Assembly: GCA_965216315.1 (NCBI GenBank)
Contig: CBDCFN010000016.1
Location: 2,112,001-2,176,000 of the forward strand
Origin: a bacterium
GTDB taxonomy: Bacteria > UBA10199 > 2-02-FULL-50-16 > JAJFLM01
Reading direction: 5' to 3'
DNA length: 64,000 nucleotides
Program-made: the position numbers and the translations under genes
Shown: positions 56,988-64,000 of the stretch, piece by piece
Layout: each line of letters opens with the position of its first letter
How positions within the stretch are numbered: position 1 is the first letter of the stretch
The notes under the pieces: model-generated
Seen by the model: only the letters and a program-made list of their open reading frames with translations
What the model was told of the DNA's origin: nothing
The model's database searches: none

Positions 56988-58786
56988 CTCGGCGTCGGCG
57001 CCAGCGCCTGCATCGCGAGCCGCATCCGCTGAATTTCCATAATCTGGGGCATAATCCGGGTCCGATAGGCCGTTTGTTGCGCCTCGGTCAGATGCTCGGG
57101 GCGCCGGATCGCGAAGCGTCCGTCCGGTAGCTCCTCTGCCAGGCCCCAAGCCACCGCCTGTTGATTCATCTGCTGCTCCGCAGCGCTCAAACGCGCCTGA
57201 GCACGACGATAGAGATGCTGCCGGAGTCGCCCCTGATTACGAATCTGCCCGAGACCGGTGATATTGAGGCGGATGTTCTCACCAATCGGTGCGCGTCCCC
57301 CAATGTACTCCTCTAAGAAGTCATAGTGGCTCTGAATACCGGTTCGGTTGCCCCGGTAGAAGGTAACCACCCCGGTCTCGACTGAATCCCAATTGATTTG
57401 GGAACGAAAACTCGTCAAGGCCGCCTGCGCGCCGGTCGTTGAGTGACTGGCAAGATGGCGCTGAAATTGGGTCCCTGCCTGGCTCAAAATTTGATTGAAA
57501 AGCACGTCCTCAACCTGGGTCCCAAAGGCATCCGAATCGGCTGCCAAACGCCCGATAATCTGCTCCCGACCGCCATCGAGATCGCGGTCAAAGTCGTCGG
57601 AGGCTGCAGCCCCAATCCCACGACCCAAGCGGAAAATATTGCCTAGAAAGAGTGAGGGCCAAAAACCCATCGATTCATTATTGATGATGTCATCGGCTAA
57701 CCCGGTCAGCCGGTACTCACGCGCCACCGCGTCGTCAGAGATCATCTCACCACCGGCCCAGACCACGCCGCCAATCAGCAGATCCGCCAGGGTCACCCCC
57801 CCGACAACACCCGCCACGCCGCGTCCCGCCACGCTCAGACCTCGTAGGAGCCGTGCCCCGCGGGCCATCTGAACGACACCGTTCACTTCCACGGTCGGTA
57901 ACGCCGCAGCAACCCGGCCCATGGTATGAAGCGTCAAGGCCGTCCCGGCAGCACCAACGATGCTCCCGTATTCATTGGCCTGCGTCCCGACCTCAACACC
58001 GGCATAATGGAGCAGCATCATCGCCATGACCTGATAGCCGACGAAGGGCGGAATACTCGCACCGATCTGCCGCAAGGGCGTTCGTTGAATCAGTCCGGTG
58101 CGGACAATGGCCTCGTTCATTAAGAGCACACTCGAGAGCAAGAGCGGGCCACGGGCACCATTCGGAATGGTCCCATCCTCGACGAGCGGGCGGAGTAAAT
58201 AATTATCGATCGCTAGAATGGCCACGATCTGCCCGGTTGCCGCGGTAATCTGGGCGGTCGTCGTGTGAATATTCGGGGCCGGTTCGGGAGCCGGTCCACC
58301 CGGCGCGGCTCCTCCGCGCGGGGTCGCCGCTGCTGGAACTTCAACCTCGGTGCTGGGTCCGCTCATCTGCATGATGTGGAGACGCGGTGGACCCACGACC
58401 CCTTCCGGTGTCACGGTGCGCGTCACTTGAAAACCGATGCGTTCCAGTGGAGTCCCGCCGGAGACCGCTAGTGCGGTATAGGCATCGACAAAGGCTGGCA
58501 GCAGATGACCGGATTCCGCCATCGAATAGGTCCGCCCCGCTTCAAAGGCGTCGACAGAGATTTCGCTCGGACGAGACCGATCCTGAAACAGACTCAGCGG
58601 AGGCTGTGCCGGAGCTGCCGGCGGGGCCTGCAGGGCGCTCAGATCGTCAGCGATAAAAAAGACGTCGCCCGCTTGCTGAACTGCTTCGGGGCTTGGATTC
58701 GGGTTTTCGGTCGGGGTCGGTGCGCCTGGGATGACACTTGCAGGGGTGCTCGTGTCGACACAGCATTGAGTTGTTGGATTACACAT
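56960..58786 (-). CDS. array protein G (beta)
   Basis: 608 aa, AGVEVGTQANEYGSI. Confidence 0.85.
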   Translation of the reverse strand: MCNPTTQCCVDTSTPASVIPGAPTPTENPNPSPEAVQQAGDVFFIADDLSALQAPPAAPAQPPLSLFQDRSRPSEISVDAFEAGRTYSMAESGHLLPAFVDAYTALAVSGGTPLERIGFQVTRTVTPEGVVGPPRLHIMQMSGPSTEVEVPAAATPRGGAAPGGPAPEPAPNIHTTTAQITAATGQIVAILAIDNYLLRPLVEDGTIPNGARGPLLLSSVLLMNEAIVRTGLIQRTPLRQIGASIPPFVGYQVMAMMLLHYAGVEVGTQANEYGSIVGAAGTALTLHTMGRVAAALPTVEVNGVVQMARGARLLRGLSVAGRGVAGVVGGVTLADLLIGGVVWAGGEMISDDAVAREYRLTGLADDIINNESMGFWPSLFLGNIFRLGRGIGAAASDDFDRDLDGGREQIIGRLAADSDAFGTQVEDVLFNQILSQAGTQFQRHLASHSTTGAQAALTSFRSQINWDSVETGVVTFYRGNRTGIQSHYDFLEEYIGGRAPIGENIRLNITGLGQIRNQGRLRQHLYRRAQARLSAAEQQMNQQAVAWGLAEELPDGRFAIRRPEHLTEAQQTAYRTRIMPQIMEIQRMRLAMQALAPTPRTSPQPSPS

Positions 58787-58834
58787 ATCGGTTCATCTCC
58801 ATATGAACCATGCGCAGTATCCACTACGATCTAG

Positions 58835-58861
58835 TTATCGGCGACGCTTCGCAAGAGTTGC
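58835..58861 (-). promoter_or_regulatory. sigma28-like promoter
   Basis: GCAACTCT-N11-GCCGATAA. Confidence 0.88.
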
Positions 58862-58902
58862 GGAAAATTTGACGAAAATTCGCAAATTATCGAAAAACCG
58901 CC

Positions 58903-61569
58903 CTAATACTCATCATTGATCGTAAATTCGACCGTATAGCTATTTCCGTCCAGGGAACGCGGAAAATCATCGACGTTCCACAGATCGCCGTAATAGCTGC
59001 GTGAGAGATCGATATGGGCCCGCAGGGCCGACTCGCGGTCCCCCGCCCCGATGATATCGTAGCTCTGAAAGCTCCCCGTACCAGAGATATTGAGGCGTAT
59101 CGTCACCGGTTCCCACGTACACTCCGTCCGGCGATTGAGGATGTCGGCGTAAAGCTCCTCGGCGACAGTCTCGTACTCGGCCCGCGGCCCGGCCACGGCA
59201 TCGTTAAAGCGCGCCTGCACCCCATCGACAATGGATTGCAGGGCCAGCTGGCGTGAACCCAGCACAATATTTTCAGTGGGTTCATTCGTCCCATCCCCAA
59301 AGAGAAAGGCATATTGGGATGGGTTGAGCTCATCGGCGGAGCGGAATTCAATCATCCTCAACTCGCTCCCCTCGCGGTAGGCCAGCCCTAATTCAATCAG
59401 CCGGTTTTCCCGCGCCTGCGTCGCCGTTCTGAGCTGGGCGGTCGCGTTATCATAGAGCGTCCGATTAAGCCGGTCTTCCTGGTCAATCTCGCCATCCCGG
59501 TCGAGCGCGTGATAGATGTTGTTGATGTGGCTGTCGCGATGCTTGGTCAGCTTCATCAAGGCATAGAGATTATCCTGCTCATCTGAACTGAGCGAACTCA
59601 TGTAACGCTGCAGGGCCCCCTCGAAGGCCTCGTAGTTGAAGGTCAAGGGCTGCGCGTTATAATCAATCGAACTCAACGCCAGTGATACCAAGTTATTCTC
59701 GGTGTTGACGGCAAAGTTCCGGGCCGCATCGACCCATTCACGCTCACGCATCGCAATCCCGCCGTTGGGGCCATAAAGCGGGTTTTCATCGGCGAACCAG
59801 GACACGGGTTCGGCGACGATCGTCCAGATCCCCTGCGTCAAACTCGGAAAGATCCCACCGACGACACAACCATCTTCCTGCACCAAGGAGTCAAAAGCCG
59901 CCTTCATCAAGCGATACTCGGGACTGCCATCGTTGGCCGCCCAATCGACGAGAACACCACCGAACATATCGCCGAGCATGACGGCGAAAAAGGCCGACGC
60001 CGCCTGGAGGCTGCCGCCGAGCACACGGGTACCGAGACTGCCGTTGATGCCGGTCAGGTAACCCGCCCCGCCGGCGCTCGCACCGGCATTCGCCCAAGAG
60101 ATCGTCGCCGAGGTACTCGAGGCCCAAGCCCAACCTTCAGTCCCGAGCAACTGCCCGAGGCGACCCAAGGGCTGAAGACTTCCCCGCGACGACGCCAAGA
60201 GCTCACCCGTCGTTGAAATGCCGCGCGTCGAATGCCAGGCCGTATTGAAACCAGCAGAATTATTGGCCAGCCACGGAACAACCGTCGTATAGGTTGCCGC
60301 CGAGGCCCCGAAGCTTCCATAGGTGTTCAAGGGCGTTCCGATCGGCGCCCCGCCGGCATCGAACAAGTAACTAAAGCCGTAATTCATCCCGGTAAACAAC
60401 GGCATGCCTTCGAGACCCGCAGCCCACTGAAAAGGCAGGAGACCGGTACGCCGCAGCCCCTCAAAACCGAGGACAGTGCCAACCGCACGCGCCTCCCCCT
60501 GATACTCCTCGGGGATGTCTAAAGCGATGACGCTGGCATCGACAACCATCAAGACGGCCGTCATCCCGGCCGCCTGTTGCAGACCGACTAGCGGTTGAAA
60601 CCCACCGCCGCCGCCACCATTACGCGGGCCTCCCGTTCCTTCCAATGAACGCCCTTCCGGCAACCAAACGCGAATCGGCGCCCGACCGATATTCGGGGGC
60701 CGCAACAGCCCGCCCAGGACCCCTTCCCCGGTCATCATGGACGTATTGGAACCTCCTAAGAGGCCGCGCCCGCGCGTCAAAAACAGGAACGGAACCATCG
60801 CGCCGGCGACCTCGTGCAGCTCAAAGCGGAAAGAGAGCTGTTCATCATCCCGATAACCTTCGAGCGAGGCCTGCATCGAACGCGGTAAGATATCAAAATT
60901 CTCGGCCAGGTTGTGGTCGACCCCTTCTGACAAGACGGACGTCATGTAATCGATGTCGGACTGCAACTCTTGCTGGCGGCGCCGTTCGTGCGTCGCCGCC
61001 ACGACCTCGGGAGAGAGCGATGTCGCGGTAAAGGACCCGGCATTATCGAGAATGCCCGCGATGCGTTCACGCTCGGCCAACATCTGGGTCTCAAGCTGAT
61101 CGAGCATGGCGGGAGTAATGATCGCGGGCTCTTCATAGGTCAGGTGGAGATGACCGTCTTCCCCCATCACGAATTGATAAGAACCACTCAGGGCCGGATC
61201 CCAGCTCGGTTCGTCGCCGAGAAAGAGGCTGCCTCCTGCGTCCAGAGATGTCCGGATCAACTGGCCGTCTTCCGTCAGAGTGACACGGTATTGAACATCG
61301 CCAAAATAAGGGGCAGCCGCGTCATTATGCCAGGCCAACAAACTGTCGGTCGTGACATTGGCTGGCAATTCCGGACCAACAAACAGGGTCGGGGTTTCCG
61401 TTGCATCATAACGGATAAGATTGAGCGGCGCTCCGTTGCCGAGAACAACCTCGTCAAAATGGCTTCGCTCCTCAGGATTTAGGACAAAAGTGGGATTAAC
61501 GACAACGTTGGAAGTCGTGTCTTCAACAACACGGCACCGGCCGTTGGCGTCACAGATCAAATCAACCAT
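58903..61569 (-). CDS. array protein H (gamma, with N- and C-terminal extensions)
   Basis: 888 aa from ATG 61569 (SD GAGGAG). Confidence 0.85.
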   Translation of the reverse strand: MVDLICDANGRCRVVEDTTSNVVVNPTFVLNPEERSHFDEVVLGNGAPLNLIRYDATETPTLFVGPELPANVTTDSLLAWHNDAAAPYFGDVQYRVTLTEDGQLIRTSLDAGGSLFLGDEPSWDPALSGSYQFVMGEDGHLHLTYEEPAIITPAMLDQLETQMLAERERIAGILDNAGSFTATSLSPEVVAATHERRRQQELQSDIDYMTSVLSEGVDHNLAENFDILPRSMQASLEGYRDDEQLSFRFELHEVAGAMVPFLFLTRGRGLLGGSNTSMMTGEGVLGGLLRPPNIGRAPIRVWLPEGRSLEGTGGPRNGGGGGGFQPLVGLQQAAGMTAVLMVVDASVIALDIPEEYQGEARAVGTVLGFEGLRRTGLLPFQWAAGLEGMPLFTGMNYGFSYLFDAGGAPIGTPLNTYGSFGASAATYTTVVPWLANNSAGFNTAWHSTRGISTTGELLASSRGSLQPLGRLGQLLGTEGWAWASSTSATISWANAGASAGGAGYLTGINGSLGTRVLGGSLQAASAFFAVMLGDMFGGVLVDWAANDGSPEYRLMKAAFDSLVQEDGCVVGGIFPSLTQGIWTIVAEPVSWFADENPLYGPNGGIAMREREWVDAARNFAVNTENNLVSLALSSIDYNAQPLTFNYEAFEGALQRYMSSLSSDEQDNLYALMKLTKHRDSHINNIYHALDRDGEIDQEDRLNRTLYDNATAQLRTATQARENRLIELGLAYREGSELRMIEFRSADELNPSQYAFLFGDGTNEPTENIVLGSRQLALQSIVDGVQARFNDAVAGPRAEYETVAEELYADILNRRTECTWEPVTIRLNISGTGSFQSYDIIGAGDRESALRAHIDLSRSYYGDLWNVDDFPRSLDGNSYTVEFTINDEY

Positions 61570-61637
61570 GACACTCCTCGACCCTCTCACACACACGCAT
61601 TCAGCCAACCCAAGGCTTTACACATACACAGCCTAAG

Positions 61638-61664
61638 TTATCGGCCTCGGCTTACGAAAGTTGC
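61638..61664 (-). promoter_or_regulatory. sigma28-like promoter
   Basis: GCAACTTT-N11-GCCGATAA. Confidence 0.88.
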
Positions 61665-61813
61665 GAAGGTCTATGCGAAAATTCACAAAATCGCCGGCTT
61701 GCACAGGGAGTCCGGCGCACCCAAAATCACATAACTTCTCTTAATTACTAAGTTTATTATCGTTTCGTTACCGGGCTTAGTCGCGGGAAATATTTGCGAA
61801 AATTAGGGGAAAT

Positions 61814-63727
61814 TCAATTATTCTGATCCGATTCCAGTGCCTGGAGCAGCATGTAGGCATAGGCGCGCTCAAAGGCCAGCAGCTCGCCTTCACCCGGTTT
61901 ATTATCCACATCATCGGGTCCTGCGGCCGGACCGTCGGCACCGAACATAAAGAACCGCTGCTGTTCCGCATACTGTGGGTCATCGATCTTGACGAGACGA
62001 CCATCAATGAGCTGAAAGACATTCTCTTCCAAGCTGCGTTCATAGATTTGTTGATCCAGTGCGGCCACCCGCTGTTCGAGACTCTTGAGCAAATAGCGCC
62101 GTAAGCGTTCACGACCATTCACCGTCTCGCCGTTTTCCGTAGCGGACACGAGGTCGCCGTCGGCACTGATGACTGATAGCAGCTTGCCTGTCGGCCGATC
62201 AAGCGAGCCGGTATAGGTATCGACGAGGTAGTAGCCATTATCGATCCCTTCAATCTCACCGAAGCCCCGTTCCAAATCCGCCTCTATCGCGTCCCAATCG
62301 ATCACCCAGTGATAATCGGTCGGAACCGCCGTCCGTCGTTCAACAACGGCTTGCCGTGATTCATCGGCTAAGCATTCTCCCGTCTCTTCGGCAACGGCGT
62401 GCTCAGCAAAACTTGCGATGGCGACATTTTCGACCATCGTGCCGAAGCCACGGGACTGACCGAGATATTCGTCGCGAATCCGGACAATTTCGCTTTTATA
62501 CCCGTCCCAATAACTGCCGCTGAATAGACTGAGACCCCCGTCTCCGGCCGTAACGAAGGTCCCCAAACCTCCGGCCACGACGGAACCCATCCGTTCCTGA
62601 TTATAGATGTCCTGACACAGGCGCATGAAATCCCAGTTGCGGCGCCCATGGTCGGTTCGGTGGATGACGCGACTCACGCCATAGGTCCCCACTCGCGAGA
62701 CAATGTCGATGATACCGATCCAACCAAGAATACGGGCCGCAAGCACCGATAATTTCATCAAGGCCGCTCCGCGGGTCAGACCGGCTAATTGCAAGCCACC
62801 ACGTCCCGTTCCCGTGGTCTTGAGTGCCTGAGCGAGGCTCGGATAACTCCGCGCCAGCACATAGGGAGTCGCCGCCAAGGTAAAGGTCGCTCCCTGGCGG
62901 AGCCACGGCTTGTCGCGCTCGCGCATCGCCACGCAATCCTCGTTGTCCGGATCATTGACCGCACAGACCCCATGGTCCGCGGCGGAGAGCAAACTACTCG
63001 CGATGAGCTGGAAGCCAAAGAAGGTCGGCATCGAACGCATCGCCGCCGTTGGACTGGTCTTGACCATTCCCGCTCGGTGCAAGATCGTGTGCGTTGCCAA
63101 GTAGGAACCAAAGGTTACGGGGGTCCGCAACTCCGAAGCCACTAGGCCTTCCTGGACGAGTTCCTCGACAAGCAGTTGGTCATAGGCAATGACCGCCGCG
63201 CCGACCCCAAGGAGTGGCACGGTGTAACCAATTCCTGTCGGTCCACTGGGACCGCCTTTCCCGCCGCTTCCACCCGGCCCGCCCGTGCGGGTGAACATCG
63301 GCTCGGCATCGCCGCGCAGGAACACGAACTGCGGCATCGTCACTCCTTCAGCGGTCACGGCTTGAGTGACGCGAAAGGTAACCGGAATCCCGCGCTCCAG
63401 CGCAAGGATGCGAACGGGCTCCACATAAGGCAGCATTTCAGCCGGGAGTTGGTCGACATGGGTCGCAAAATCGAGGTCGGTATTTAACGGGAGGGAAGTC
63501 CCCGCTAACATCCCCGGATCATAGGCATAAAATGATTCGAACGTGCTTCGCGGCCCGACGGAGGCATCCCACAGATTCGTGGAACCGTTCCAATCTGTCG
63601 TGTAGAAATCACTCGGATAGAGATCAAAAGATGTGTCACCGTAACAAACGGGGCCGATTTCGCCCGCGCCGCACACACCTGTTGGTTCAACTGAAGAAGT
63701 GGCTGCCGCCACACCATCTGCACCCAT
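61814..63727 (-). CDS. array protein I (alpha)
   Basis: 637 aa, SD GGAGG, FRVTQAVTAEGV, LGWIGIID, DFMRLCQDIYNQE. Confidence 0.85.
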   Translation of the reverse strand: MGADGVAAATSSVEPTGVCGAGEIGPVCYGDTSFDLYPSDFYTTDWNGSTNLWDASVGPRSTFESFYAYDPGMLAGTSLPLNTDLDFATHVDQLPAEMLPYVEPVRILALERGIPVTFRVTQAVTAEGVTMPQFVFLRGDAEPMFTRTGGPGGSGGKGGPSGPTGIGYTVPLLGVGAAVIAYDQLLVEELVQEGLVASELRTPVTFGSYLATHTILHRAGMVKTSPTAAMRSMPTFFGFQLIASSLLSAADHGVCAVNDPDNEDCVAMRERDKPWLRQGATFTLAATPYVLARSYPSLAQALKTTGTGRGGLQLAGLTRGAALMKLSVLAARILGWIGIIDIVSRVGTYGVSRVIHRTDHGRRNWDFMRLCQDIYNQERMGSVVAGGLGTFVTAGDGGLSLFSGSYWDGYKSEIVRIRDEYLGQSRGFGTMVENVAIASFAEHAVAEETGECLADESRQAVVERRTAVPTDYHWVIDWDAIEADLERGFGEIEGIDNGYYLVDTYTGSLDRPTGKLLSVISADGDLVSATENGETVNGRERLRRYLLKSLEQRVAALDQQIYERSLEENVFQLIDGRLVKIDDPQYAEQQRFFMFGADGPAAGPDDVDNKPGEGELLAFERAYAYMLLQALESDQNN

Positions 63728-63774
63728 TACGCACCTCCGTTAGCCTTCCTCGAAACCCCTAGACCCAACTCGGA

Positions 63775-63855
63775 TTCCCCTCCCCTTACGAAGGGGAGGG
63801 TTAGGGAGAGGTCCGTCTCGACCTCCCCTGGCCCCTCCTTGGTAAGGAGGGGAAT
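63775..63855. repeat. REP-like palindromic repeat (two inverted units)
   Basis: CCCTCCCCTT-ACG-AAGGGGAGGG and CCCCTCCTT-GGT-AAGGAGGGG. Confidence 0.8.
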
Positions 63856-63863
63856 GAAATTAA

Positions 63864-64000
63864 TTACGGAACTAAGACGGGCGCCGCCCGTGGCACAAAA
63901 ACCGGCGCCACTTCGGGGACAACAACCGGTTGCGGGACCGTTATCGGTGCCGGAACCACCGTCACGCTCGGGGCGACAACACCGTTCACATTCACGGCAC
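63864..64000 (-). CDS. 3' end of a gene with a Pro/Val-rich C-terminus (partial)
   Basis: Manual translation ...VVAPSVTVVPAPITVPQPVVVPEVAPVFVPRAAPVLVP*. Confidence 0.6.
   Translation of the reverse strand, partial: AVNVNGVVAPSVTVVPAPITVPQPVVVPEVAPVFVPRAAPVLVP

Noticed and set aside
49605..61664. Recurring TTATCGGC...AGTTGC blocks as CRISPR repeats or integron attC sites
   Set aside because: Only two short boxes at fixed spacing are conserved, they are non-palindromic and sit 5' of genes, and no cas or integrase gene is present. A promoter fits better.
63941..63948. ACCGATAA as a promoter for gene I
   Set aside because: Lies inside the upstream coding region with no matching -35 at 11 nt.

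Overview
Bacterial chromosomal segment. Gene content suggests a Deltaproteobacteria-like lineage, possibly Bdellovibrionota-related (inference). Recognisable genes include leuC (partial), a BaiN/HI0933 flavoprotein, a CPA2 antiporter, a frameshifted cobB, tRNA-Gln, lemA with DUF2207, a bufferin-type DUF2282-DUF692-DUF2063 cluster, ctpA, tkt, murI and tolQRAB, interleaved with many orphan ORFs. Three signals stand out. (1) An ~18 kb tandem array (45.5-63.7 kb) holds eight paralogous 548-888 aa signal-peptide-less proteins with hydrophobic Gly-rich helical cores, in three alternating subfamilies, plus one unrelated gene. Seven genes in the array have their own sigma28/FliA-type promoter. (2) The same promoter (GCAACTTT-like-N11-GCCGATAA, non-canonical -35) precedes scattered orphan genes, four of them apparently leaderless. 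Together with the array this suggests a non-flagellar sigma28 regulon of candidate exported effectors. (3) Three tandem Gly-rich, Met/Gln coiled-coil paralogs each have a perfect sigma54 promoter and resemble microvirus DNA-pilot proteins in architecture. All functions proposed for orphan proteins are inferences; no database search was run.
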